Source: Amoebophrya sp. A120 (lineage: Eukaryota > Protista > Dinoflagellata). From it: a stretch of DNA of 64,000 nt. Made by a program: the position numbers and the translations under genes. Location: the NCBI GenBank assembly GCA_905178155.1, contig CAJINV010000010.1, forward strand, positions 1,633,182 to 1,697,181. The letters are read 5' to 3'. This document shows positions 1 through 11,556 of this stretch, piece after piece. The notes beneath the pieces are model-generated. The model was not told the origin of the DNA. It searched no databases and saw only the letters and a list, made by a program, of their open reading frames with translations. Within the stretch, counting starts at the first letter, position 1. Each line of letters opens with the position of its first letter.

Positions 1-435
1 CCGCGAAATTCTCGGCTGCAGAACAGAACGCAGATTCATCTTCATCTCGGTCTCTTCCTTCTCGACGGTCTGACTATGCTGATCAGCGGTGCGGACTTCG
101 CGAATTTCAAGCACCGGGAAAGATCCTTACAGCGCCTAATCCGCAACCTCCGGTGCATCAAGTGCCCGGTGTTCTACACGGCGCATTTAGCGCAGGATTG
201 GAAGCAGAACTGTTTGAAGTTATCTTTGGGGAGAACCTGGACCGAGCAAGCGTGCCACCAAAGGGTTTTCCTGCAAAGGTTACACAACGTAGACATGGCA
301 GGACGACAAGAGAATGCAGGTGAATTGGAACCAGACGCGAGTGTAGTGCTCGCCACGCTGAGCGAGGAGCAGGGGGAAGGCGTGTTGTTGGGAATTGGAA
401 AACGCGGTGTGAAGTTGTTAAATTCGCTGACGTGA
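1..435 (+). CDS. 3' end of a RecA/RAD51-paralog-like gene (RAD51C/D/XRCC3 type), truncated by window edge
   Basis: Frame open from base 1: Walker-B-like LFLLDG, then R..LQRLIRNL..PVFYTAH, LKLSLGRTWTEQACHQRVFL (cf. RAD51-paralog PALGxxW...RxxL) and terminal LGIGKRGV. Confidence 0.5.
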   Translation, partial: PRNSRLQNRTQIHLHLGLFLLDGLTMLISGADFANFKHRERSLQRLIRNLRCIKCPVFYTAHLAQDWKQNCLKLSLGRTWTEQACHQRVFLQRLHNVDMAGRQENAGELEPDASVVLATLSEEQGEGVLLGIGKRGVKLLNSLT

Positions 436-755
436 ACTATCGTATTATTTCGTTGTTATCAAGGATTTTGCTTTTGCTGAAATTTAAAGCACATGCTAAG
501 ACTTTTTCAAACTGCGTTCAAATCGCGGTCTGTTGCTTTTGATTTTGTCGCGCAAGTCTGCTACGCAGAATGTGGAGGTGGGCAATAACGTATAGAAAAA
601 CACTTCTGTAGCTCGTCCGAGGATGCTCTTGCTCGTCATAGTTCTAGAAAAGTCTCGTGGAATTATTGCTTTTACTCTTCCGAAGTGAAAATTAGGAGCA
701 TCAACGTGAAACTAACGCGCATCTGTGAAAAAAAAAGTCGCCTCTTCTTGATCTA
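283..755 (+). repeat. Direct repeat copy 1 (~470 bp: last codons + 3' flank of RAD51-like gene)
   Basis: Aligns by eye with 2987-3455; near-identical over the first ~150 bp, diverged afterwards. Confidence 0.85.
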
Positions 756-1357
756 AGTAGGTATCCTGCCGCCTTCAAAAAGAAAACCCATTGGAGTGCC
801 GGCGAAGTTGCATCATGAAAGATCATAGGACTACTTCAATCTGCTTGTCGACAGAAGTGCAGCTCGCAGAATACCGTATGTATAGCCGGCCGCTTTCTTA
901 CAGTGCAGCGGCTCTGGCAGCACAGTTTTCATTTTATTAGTCGCTGACTCTGTCTCTCTCCCTATTCTCGCAGACCCTGAGTCGCGGCCACATAAAAAGC
1001 GTGACTTCTCCCTCGGAAAGGGTTCGAGTTCGAATTCCAATCGGTTGCAGCTGCAATACGTGGGACAAGAAAAAATCAAAATGTAAAATCAAAATAAGTA
1101 GTTCGCTTCATTGTGTGAGGACAGCACACAGGGGATCATACAATTAGAGGGGTTGAGAGAACAACGGGTCGTTGTCCTTAGATGAGAAAGAGCGTTTTCA
1201 CTAGAGGGCTCGAGGGTCGTCGTGGTGAAGTTTAAGAAAACTTTAATTCACCTGATCGCCCGAATCGGCCTACATGGATGTTGTTCTCTTCAGCAGCAAC
1301 ATTGACCCTTAGAGCACCACTTTGTTGTTGTTCTAACCGCAAAGAACTAAAGCGAAA

Positions 1358-2358
1358 ATGCACGGCTTCGATTCGCTTGTCGGCGGGGGGATTCTCCTCC
1401 TCTTGCTCGAGCTGTTGATGATCGCGGTCGTATCAAATGCAAATATGTATGGGTCTGGGAGGATGCAACTTGTCATGCTAAATCTGAATCATGTAAAAAT
1501 TGCGCTGCATGATTTTGATTGCCCAAAGCAAAATAAGCTGTCCACTTTTGACCTAGTCGAGAGGCAGTTTCTTATGCAGAATAAGCATGATAGAATTAGA
1601 ACTCTCACAGAATCTGTTATGCTATGTCCTGCATACCAGACCTCATGGATCATAGAAAACCTGCATGACAAACCTAGCACTCTTCCAGACCCAGACATAT
1701 ATGCATTTGATAGGTCGTCGCCTACAACAACGAGCTACGCACTGCAAATATGTCTGCGCCTGAAGCGGTCTGTTGTAGTAAACATGCAAAGGCACCACAT
1801 GATAAAACGCACGCGCTCTGTTTGCTAGGTGCAAGCGAACGTTCTGATGCGTGAGCATAGGCATAGCATAGGCTTCCTTGCAAAAGAAGAAGAAACTTGC
1901 AAAAGCCTTTGCGTGCATGCGAGAAGGCCTTCTGATGCGTGGTCGAAAAGATGCATCACAAACAAGGACAAAATTTCAGGACCAGACATGAAATTTTCAG
2001 TGGATACGATGCCGGAAAAACTTCTTCCACCGACATCGCGGCCGATGCCGAGTTCACCGATCCGGTGGGAGAGGAAAACGAAGGGAAGGCATTTTTCGAG
2101 CGGGAGGACGTCGACGGGGAGCTTCATGGAACAACTGCAGACGGTGTGGGAAGAACGTGCATTAGCCAGCACAATGCCTGTAAATGCGAGCAACAGCAGG
2201 AGGACTGGGACGTGGGCAGAGCGAAGAAGGAGAAGAAGTCGGTGTGGAATTGCAAAGAATTGAAACCTGATGAATCTGGTTGCTCCCGGAAGTATTCTCA
2301 ACTGCTGTCAAGGACGTGGTTTTGCACAAAAACCGACAGGTACTACATCAACAAATAA
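1358..2358 (+). CDS. Small predicted secreted protein, 145 aa, 6-Cys C-terminal domain; 2 introner introns
   Basis: Removing 1431-1712 and 1736-2006 (+5 bp each) leaves 438 nt: MHGFDSLVGGGILLLLLELLMIAVVAYNN(D/E)..GKTSSTD...WFCTKTDRYYINK*; hydrophobic N-terminus. Confidence 0.75.
1431..1712. mobile_element. Introner family B
   Basis: TIR TATCAAATGCA.ATATGT.TGGGTCTGG; TSD ggtcg/ggtcg. Confidence 0.9.
1736..2006. mobile_element. Introner family B (degenerate)
   Basis: TAC..ATA ends, imperfect TIR; TSD cgagc/cgatg; frame restored. Confidence 0.7.
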
Positions 2359-2986
2359 AAGGAGAACCGGAACAGTTCAAAAACATTTGGATTGTCGCTA
2401 AAGCTAAAAGGTGCAGCTCGCCCGATGTGGTGGTCACTCCATTCGTGCTTGAGTGTGAAGCCTTTGATAGAAGTGGATAGCACATCGTAGGTACGTTCTA
2501 CGAGAAGCCAGAAGCTTCGGCAAAGAAAAAAACAACGCGACGGAGAAAAAGGGGCACTGTCGGGTGATCCTTATTTTGTTGCTTTGGAAAGGTTGATTGA
2601 TGTGTTCGTCTTGCTTCTTGGGGAACAGCTGAGAATCTATCTGTTTCGCTCTTTACAGGATCTGACGCCAGTTCAAGTTCTCGTCTCATGATGTATCGGT
2701 AGTTCTTTCCTACAGTGACGCGGAGTGTATCTGACGCCCGTGGTTCCTCTCCTACCGGTCCTAGTCGTTGTATGTTGGTGGTCGTGTAGTTGTGGTAGTC
2801 TTTTGAGTGTTTATAAAAAGCTACTACGCGCACTGTTCACACTTCATATGTAAGTAATATGATCGCTGACTGTGTCATCTTCATGATCATCCACGTTGGT
2901 TCGGGAACAAGAAAATGATCCTCATTTGCCCGTCTCTCTAGCTAACCGCTTCACCTTGATCTCCATGGAAAGCGTTGTAGTAGGAT

Positions 2987-3455
2987 CACAATGTAGACAT
3001 GGCAGGACGACAAGAGAATGAACGTGAATTGGAACCAGACGCGAGTGTGGTGCGCGCCACGCTGAGCGAGGAGCAGGGGGAAGGGGTGTTGTTGGGAATT
3101 GGAAAAAGCGGTGTGAAGTTGTTAAATTCGCTGACGTGTACGTGATTCATCGGAAGACTTTTATTCTCTTGAAGGTCAACAAGGTAGCTTATACGTAAAT
3201 TACAACGTCGAACGCGAACTGCTAGGTTTTTCAACACTGCATATGCGTTCTTTGGACTTTTTGGTTGTGATTTTGTCGCACAAGGAACTTCTTCTAGCTC
3301 GACGTCTCCTGCGCAAAATGTGTTGGCAAATAAGTACACAAAAACGCAAGCTGCTCGTCATAGTCCTATAAAAGGCTCACTGAATTCAAATTCTTGCTCT
3401 CGAAATGAAAATTACATGGAAGATGAAACTGAATGACTCGGATCTTCTTGATCTA
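2987..3455 (+). pseudogene. Direct repeat copy 2: duplicated 3' fragment of RAD51-like gene
   Basis: Matches 283-755; keeps a 48-aa mini-ORF 2999-3145 but lacks upstream coding sequence. Confidence 0.75.
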
Positions 3456-3539
3456 CCCTGACACCTCAAACGAAAACTGTTCCAGTTGAAATCATCGAAG
3501 CCGCACAAAAAATATTCTCCAAAGATGACCGACATTATT

Positions 3540-4800
3540 TCACGAAGCAGCTTTCGGCGGGCAGGAGCTTGTCGAGGCTATCCGGCACAGCGCCGCACCG
3601 CCCGCGTATTGTATGGAGCCCCGCACAATCCACCGCCTGGCTTTGTGGTTGGTCCGTCTTCCTTCGCAAACCCCTGAGGCCGAAACCGCTACCCCGTGAC
3701 CTCGCGCCCGCGCTGAAAGCAGCGCCGGGGGCGGGGCTGATCACAATCAGCCGCGGCGGGCAGCATTGGGCCCGCGGGCGTGCAGCGCAGTATTGGCAGG
3801 CCCGGACACAATGACCCAAGCCGGGGGCGGGCAGCCTCTTACGCCATGCCCGGGGGGGGTTCGTGTGCCCAGCAGTGCGCCCGAGAGCGTCAGGCCCATG
3901 CGGGCCCTTGCCTCCGGGTGCCGGGCAGCCAGGCTCTCGGCCAAAACGGTAGCAACCGCGCGGCAAGCCGTGCCAGCGCCAGCGGTGGGCCATTCAATCG
4001 GGGGGGTTGTGCAACTAACGAGCGAAGTCCTGCACTTAGGGAGGTTGTGCCGGCGCAGCGACGTTTCAGGAGCGGTCGGAGTGTGGTGGCGCCGATTGCT
4101 CCTCGCAGAGCGAGGCGAGAAAGTTGAAATCGTTGATGCGGGCGGGGGCGAAGTTCCGTTATTCATAGGAGATGAAATAACACGCGGCGCGAAGAACTAC
4201 CCCGCAGCGGTCTTGTATACAGCTGCGCCAGCGAGGCGCAGCCATACACTCGCGTGGTTCTGGTTGGCGCCGGTGCCTTCGCTGCATGCATCCACTCGCG
4301 CCCGCACGCCCCGCGCCGCCCGTCGTGAAGCAAGGAAGCGCGCCGGGGGCCGGCGCATATTCACCCGCGCGCCGCAGGGAGCCCCCCACAGGGCCGGCGG
4401 GCCGCCCGGGCCGGCATTTTTTTGCAACCGCAGCAGCCCACCCCAGGGCGCCTGCGTGGTTGTGATTGTGTGGGAGTGTAGGTTGCCCGCCTGCCGGGCG
4501 CGGCGCGCGCACGGTGGCAAGCTAGCAGCGCCCGCGCCCCTGTTGCAGGCGACCCGACCGGGGGCGCCTGTGTGCCCATGAGGCACGGACGCAGGCTGCC
4601 GCCGCCGCTGGTCCGGGCCGGCCGGGCGACTCTCCGAGGCCAGGGCGGTGGGGCATGTTTAGACTATGACTTTGGCCAGCGAGCGAGATTCGAACGATCG
4701 ATCGTGGCTCTGCCCCGTCCCATTTGAGTATGTGTATGACATCATAGATTGATGTGTGCGTGCCCTTCTCCTGTCTCTGTGTTGTATACGCCGACGCGCG
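3540..4800. repeat. GC-rich non-coding island, probable non-autonomous element
   Basis: Abrupt GC increase, only low-complexity Arg/Ala/Pro/Gly ORFs; ends not resolved. Confidence 0.4.
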
Positions 4801-4836
4801 CAAGAGAGAATGAAACGCGCCATGAAATAGATATAA

Positions 4837-5908
4837 GAGGCTGTGCAACAATTGGACCCCCTTTCGCCAAGGCGAAAGGGGGGGGGGGGTAGGTTGGTCC
4901 AATTCCGGAGGACGGGAGCTGGCACCGAGACCCCGACGCAAGGGCGGCGAGGGCTCCCGTCGGTCTCGCCTCACAGACAACAATCGAACGCCCGGCGGCT
5001 CTTCTTCGTGTGGCGCCTTCGCAAGTGGCGGCTATGCGGCTGAGGCTATTCGGTTGGTCGGTAGTAGGCCCACAGGCATACGCAACAAGGCCGAAGCCAT
5101 TTGCCTGCTTTCTATGGGCGAGTCCAGAACCCGGCGCGCCGTAGCATGTGCTTGGGGGCGGGCAGCCCTAGGAGGGCGGGCGCCCGCGGTGTTTTTCTTC
5201 ACAGGCATTCCGGGCAGCAAGGTGCATCGGGGCGATTGCGGGCGCCCCATGTCATGACCCCGGGCTCCCCGTGCTGCTTGGGGGGGTTTGACAAGTCGGC
5301 GGGCATACGGGTTGGGCCCGAAGTTTTTTTGCCCCGTGTTGTGAGGCGCTTGCGGAGGGGGGGGGGCATGCGCGCGCTGTCAGGACCGGCGAGCACAGAC
5401 GTAGGCATGCAGTGTGATGCGAATGTAGTCCGAACGGGCTCGCGCAGCACAAATAAAACGAACCTGCTCGGTTTATCGGCAGCGGGCGCGCGCAGCGCGC
5501 CCCGCAAAATTTGCCACATTAGCATTACGCGCCCGCAACCACAAATAAAACGAACAGAACAACCCTGCTCGGTTTATCGGCAGCGGGCGCGCGCAGCGCG
5601 CCCCGCAAAATTTTCCACATTAGCACTACGCGCCCGCCGCCACAAATAAATAAAACGAACAGAACAAACCTGCTCGGTTTATCGGGAGCGGGCGAGCGCA
5701 GCGCGAATTTTTTTGAATTCCGGCAGCGCGAGCACTGGGCGCAGCTCAGGGCCTGCTCGCAGCGGGCACGCGCACCGCGCCCCGCAATTTTTTTCACTGC
5801 GCACAGCTCCCGGCGAAAGGGGGGGGTGGAGGGGGGAGGTTGGTCTCCAGCGGGCCGCTACCCCCCCTTTCGCCATGGCGAAAGGGGGTCCAATTGTTGC
5901 ACAGCCTC
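4837..5908. mobile_element. Non-autonomous PIF/Harbinger-like (Tourist-type) element
   Basis: TIR GAGGCTGTGCAACAATTGGACCCCCTTTCGCCA at both ends; TAA at 4834-4836 and 5909-5911; internal ~100-bp tandem repeat x2.6 at ~5450-5710; no transposase ORF. Confidence 0.85.
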
Positions 5909-6412
5909 TAACTAGTATTCGCGACTTCCATGCTCACGCTGCGACTAAATCAAATCGAGCGTGTGAGAGTTTTCCTTTCGTCCTTTGGTTGTCTGAGATG
6001 AGTGAGGCATCTGGGCCTGGTTACCTACATGCAGATCAGATCAAAGAGCCCTAGAAGAGGTCGTGAATAAATGTTGAAAATGTACTCTAGAACGATCATA
6101 GCTGCTTTCCCACGAGGAACAATCAAGACCTCAAATTTCTACGACTTCAGTCAACCGAGATAGAGATTATTGAGGCCACATTTCTACAACGAAACTTGAT
6201 CTTCATCACATCAATCTCACACAGCTGATTGTCTCACCTCCGCAAAACTACCACATATGGATGCGACGACTTTCTTGTTCTAGCTTTTTCAAGTACCAGC
6301 AGTTTTAGAAAATCCGAACGTACTTAGAAGAGAACGTCATCTTCGTTCTACCACTCGTTTCCTCTAATTTGCTAAAACAACCCTTGCTCCAAAACAAAGA
6401 ACCTCGCCCAGC

Positions 6413-6913
6413 ATGGTGACGCCCGGCCAGATGCAGATGTTTAACAAGCCCGAGGCTTACGAAACGCAGATCCTCGGCAGCAAGTACAAAAACCAGTACG
6501 AGTATGACCCCTCGCAGGAAATTCCCAACGCCGGCGTGTACAAACTCCGGCTCCACGACCACACACTCGGGAACGCACTTCGGATGGAGTTGCTGAAATC
6601 AAAAAAAGTCCTGTTTGCCGGGTACCGGGTTCCCCATCCGTTGTTTCACGAGATAGAGGTGCGGATCCACACGACGCAGGACAGCACGCCGCAGGAGGAG
6701 TTGTTGCACGCGATCGGAAATTTGGAAAACCAAGCGGACTCGCTCTTGCAGCAGTTTGACTCCGAGTTGGATCGATGGGAAGCGGGAAAGCAGTTTGACA
6801 AGCGGGGATTTCCGGAAAGGCAGGAGACGGTGAGTGGGAATAAAAACGTAGTAGAGGGCTTGTACGAGAAGAACCTGTTGACACCGGCGAAAAAGGATCA
6901 GATGGAGATGTGA
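6413..6913 (+). CDS. RPB11: RNA polymerase II subunit RPB11
   Basis: Intronless ORF with PNAG..L..HDHTLGNALRMELLK..KVLFAGYRVPHPL.HEI.VRIHTT..STPQE signature. Confidence 0.93.
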   Translation: MVTPGQMQMFNKPEAYETQILGSKYKNQYEYDPSQEIPNAGVYKLRLHDHTLGNALRMELLKSKKVLFAGYRVPHPLFHEIEVRIHTTQDSTPQEELLHAIGNLENQADSLLQQFDSELDRWEAGKQFDKRGFPERQETVSGNKNVVEGLYEKNLLTPAKKDQMEM

Positions 6914-9003
6914 AGACAAGACTACTTTTCAGGAGTTGGATGAGCATGAATAAAAATGGTTCTTGTTTATTTTACTTTGCCTAGTCGGTGTAGAAGTGGT
7001 GAGTCGCTGCTAGTAGAGCCGCACCATTTAGATGTTCCTGCTTCATCTCTGACCAGCGCGCAAAATTACAATCGCTTATACGGTGTTTTTTTGGAAACTA
7101 AATAGTTCTGGATAGTGCAAGAGGGATGAACAGTTGGTCTTCGTGCGCGTCGACCACGTATACGTGTTGCTGCTTGAAACACGGTTGTAGCTCTGACTCT
7201 AGATGATCGCGCCTTTCCAAAGTGAAAGGAGTTGCGAGTAGAAATGGGTTGCAAGTAACAAGCAGAACCTGAACACTCGCGGCAAAGTGTGGTGATAGTT
7301 CCGTTGGAAATATTATGCGCAGAAAAAACCAACACAGTCAGCTACTTCGCACTTGACACTGAATCTAGTACAAGGACAAAAGAAGCTCATGGAGTTGCTG
7401 CAAACACTTTTTTTACATCTGGCACTCGGCGTGCGCTTGTTTGACATTGCTGAAAGCGCCACCACGCGATAGAATTCGGAGGCGAGGGTGTTCTTCAGAA
7501 GAAAAGAAGATAAGTGCCATTTTCGAAGGGGCAGCAGTACAACTACAGCAGTATGATAGAGTCGTCGGTAAACACAAACAGAATCGCATACGCATTCGCT
7601 TATTTTCAAAAGTCGTAGGAAGTACCTAAAAGTAGAACCCTACGCCCTAGTGCTGCTTGGTATCGCGAATCGAAGTCGGATATTGACACGATGTGCATTT
7701 CTTGAGAGAGGCATGGCAAATCGAAATCAGAGCGATAATTGAGGAAAAGCACACATCACCACACAGATTGAGCAATCGCAGTCGGGAGTATTTGGAAACG
7801 TACAAAAAGAAAATGAAATACGGCACCATCGCAATCGCATCGAAATTTTAACTAGAGTCGGTGGCTATTTCAATGAATCGAGGCACTATTCTGGTGCTCT
7901 GAGGGTCAATGATGTTGCTGCAAAGGATAATTCTTGAAGAAGTAGATGACATGCAAAGAAAAAGAACATTTCTGAAGAGCCAACCAAATTTCTAGCTGTT
8001 TTTTCTCTCGCGATTAATGGTTAGAAACAACGGCTGAAACTCGACAACACTCTTGTGCAGGGCTATATGTTTTGTGACAGAAAATATCAAATATCAATCA
8101 ACAATTCGGTTGGAGGGAGATTAATGGACTTTTGAACTACTAGCTCCATACTTGTTTCCCTTTCTGATTCGGTTTGACTTTGAGCTGTAATTTTATGATA
8201 GCATTCATCTTGAAGTTGTGTTGAACTTCCACTTCGACATCTATTTATTTTTATAGTCATCGCTATAAATTCACCAGATATCGAATATTGCTACCAGACA
8301 TAAAAGACCTTGTCGTGTAGCCTCGCAGATTTCGAGAGACGAGACCTGACTCCTGAAGTTCTATCAGGTCAAGTTTCCTTCGGAATTTTCTGAGTGCGAA
8401 CGCGACAGGAGCTTTTGCTTTTCATTTTCATCTCCAAGTTTCATCACGATAACGATATAGACCTTGTTTTACAGCCGGAAATCCGATAAAGTCTCTGGCA
8501 ATAACGACCACGACAACGGCTAGCAGCAGCAGCGAAAGTTTAATATCGGCATTGATTTTCTGCTTCTCCTTTAGTCATTACATAACCAAATTTTCCTCAG
8601 TATCAATCTAAGCTATATTCATCCGCAAGTTGTACGCGATATTCATATTTCTTATTCTTTATTACGGGCGACCTAAACAAGGCGGCGGGTTTTTGTCGAT
8701 AGTTTCTTATCGGCATCATCTTCGCCTTGGAATAAAAGTAAAACCACGACGAGTTTAATTTTCCTAAAATTCTTGTGCAGTATAAGAACCAACACTATCT
8801 GTGAAGTGATTTCTTTAGGAATTTTTTCCAAGAACAGACTGAACGAGCTTGTTTGACGTTTGATAGATGATCCTGCATCGTTTCTTGGGTTACTAGATAT
8901 TTGTGTAGCTTGTCAGCAGCGGCAGTGCCTGCAAATGCACTAGCGGCCTCTAGAAAATACAGATAAGATATTTACTTGCTGCCCTAGTAGAAGCTCCACA
9001 ACA

Positions 9004-11556
9004 ATGCTCCTCCGTCTTTCCCGCCCGTTGCACCGTGCGGCAGGCGCCGCGCAGCTGCAGCAGAACGCCAACCCGGCCATCGTACGGAAAGGCAGCACGG
9101 GCCTGGCGCCAAACCAGCAGGCGGTGGACGGCAGGGAGAGGTTAGTCGTTCTCGGGTCCGGTTGGGCCGGGTACCCGTTTCTGCAGACGATTGACACCAA
9201 CCAGTATCAGACCATCATCGTCTCACCGAGGAATCACTTCCTCTTCACGCCCCTGCTCGCCAACGCGGCGACCGGCGGAAGCGACATCGGGTCCATTTGC
9301 CAGCCGGTAAGGACGCTTTGCGCGAACAAGCAGGCGCGGTTCTACGAGGCGAAAGCGGTGGCGCTGGACAAGCAGAAACAGATCGTGCAGTGCAAGGCGC
9401 TGGATGGGAGAACCTACCCGCTCAAGTACGACAAACTCGTCATCGCCTGCGGGTTCCAGGCAAATGACTTTGGGATCAAGAACCTGCAAAAGCACGCCTT
9501 TTATCCTGTTGGAAAAGCATCGCACTAGTGGATATATAGAAATCGCATGACAAATTTTATCAGCATGACAAATGGAATTTGCAATGCAGATTCATGTAAA
9601 GGAAGGGATTTCTGATACTGATGCATGACTGCAATATCAATTAGTGCGTCGATGCTTTTGAAATGCATACCTTTTTCATGAAGGAGACCGCGGACGCCAG
9701 ACGGGTACACGACCACGTGATGTCCTGCTTCGAGGACGCATCTATCTACTGTAAATTTCCCGTACACGTACAAATGGAAATGCTGTCTCTGCATGAGAAA
9801 ACTGGGCTTCGATCCTAGGTTAGCATGACAAGTGTTGCGCTCCAAATGGCCCATTTGATGGGTGAAATTTGTGATGCATCTTGTACACGTACGGGAAGCT
9901 TGTATTGCATAGCCTCCACGATCATCACACAAGAACCCGTGGACGACCGGCTGCTCAAACGCACCCTGTCCTTTGTCACGGTCGGCGCCGGGCCGACGGG
10001 GACGGAGTTTTGCGCCGAACTCGCGTCTTTCATCAAAAACGACATCGAGAAGCAGTACCCGTATTTGGCAGAGTATGCAATACAAATTTCCCGTACATGT
10101 ACAAGATGCATCACAAATTTATTCGCTAATTTGGAGTGTACTAAACACTTGTCATGCTAAACTAGGATCGAGACCCAGAAGTTTTGTCATTCAGAGACTG
10201 CATTTGTGCGTGTACGGGAAATTTCCTGTGGATACAGAGCACTGGTCAGTGCACTTGATCGAGGGGGGACCGAGAATCTTGGGTCCGTTTCAGAACGAGC
10301 GGTTGCAGACCTACGGGTACCGACACTTGACGGAGACGCAGGGGGTAAGTTGTCTAAAATGTTACACGCTTCTACAGATTACACTCAGGCATGACAAACT
10401 TCGCTTAGCATGCATTCTAATATGCAATACAAATTTCAAGATTTCCGAAAAAATCTCAGGTCCAAATCCACCTGAATTCCCCCGTCGACTCCGTCACCGC
10501 AAATCGGATCGACCTGAAAACCGGCCAGTCCATCGACTTCTCCACGCTCGTTTGGTGTGCTGGCATCAAGGCGCTGCCCTTCGTGCAGAAGCTGGCTTTG
10601 ACGAAGAACGCCCGCGGAAATCAGATCTTGACCGATGGCCAGCTGAAGGTGAAGGGGGAGGAACACATCTACGCCATGGGAGACTGTGCGACGATCGAGG
10701 TATTATCAATGTGATATACAACGACCACTAGAGTTGCTAAAGATGACGAATGTAGTTTTTTCTTGTCATCATGCAGGAATGAAATGACACTACACATGCA
10801 GCTTGATTTGCCTTGCATAGGCTGCAAGACTAACTTTATTTATCATCCAAAACTACAATATCAGGACTACCCGCTCCCCCAGACCGCACAGATCGCGTCT
10901 CAGCAGGCGCTGTTCCTTGCCAAGTCGTTCAACAAGAAGTCGTCGAAATCTCTCCGGTATGCATTGCAAAAGTATCGTACTAGTAGTAATTGCAATACAA
11001 ATTCGCGCAGCATGACATATGGAATTTGTCGTGCTGATTTGCCTCGGGAACAACGAGATTTGTAATTATGCATAAACGCAATTACTACGAGTGCGACACT
11101 TTTGCGCTGCATATCCGCTTCCAGCACGTCGACCGCGGCATGCTCGCCTACGTGGGCGGCACTTCTGCGTTGTACCGGGCCCCGAACCCCTTTCCGCATT
11201 TGACCGGGATGGTAGGGTACTTTACCTGGCGCAGCGCCTACTGGTCCATGCAGTTGTCCATGCGAAACCGCCTCCTCCTCGCCTCCGATTGGATGCAGCG
11301 GGCGGTCTTCGGTCGGGACTTGACACGGCTCGGCCTGGCGTCCGACCCGATCAACGCCAGTCCAGACGCGTTGACCTCGAAAGTGGAAGAGAAGGATTTC
11401 ATGATGGCCAAAACGCACGGCGAAGGCCCGGAAGAGGACGAGGAGGAGGACCACATTGCGGCGGTTGTGTCCAAGGCCAAACAGAACACGGAAACTGCAG
11501 CAACGAATGGCGGCGTGGTCCGTCGCCGCCCGCAGCAGTCGGTGGCCAGTGCGTGA
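9004..11556 (+). CDS. NDH2: Type II (alternative) NADH:ubiquinone oxidoreductase, 532 aa
   Basis: LVVLGSGWAG, VSPRNHFLFTPLL, YDKLVIACG, VGAGPTGTEFCAEL, IYAMGDCA, PQTAQIASQQA, WRSAY..MQLSMRNR; 4 introners + GT-AG introns 10345-10459 and 10700-10864; spliced length 1599 nt; Arg/Leu/Ser N-terminal presequence. Confidence 0.93.
9502..9669. mobile_element. Introner family A
   Basis: TAT..ATA, TIR core AAAAGCATCG; TSD ccttt/ccttt. Confidence 0.85.
9743..9911. mobile_element. Introner family D (opposite orientation to 10074)
   Basis: TIR core TTCCCGTAC; TSD gcatc/gcctc. Confidence 0.85.
10074..10234. mobile_element. Introner family D
   Basis: TIR core AAATTTCCCGTACA; TSD cagag/cagag. Confidence 0.9.
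10958..11113. mobile_element. Introner family A
   Basis: TATGCA..GCAAAAGT.TCG; TSD tccgg/tccgc. Confidence 0.9.

Noticed and set aside
6413-6913. Pol I/III subunit AC19 instead of RPB11
   Set aside because: N-terminal NKPEAYE and PNAG, VLFAGYRVPHPL and RIHTT match RPB11 better
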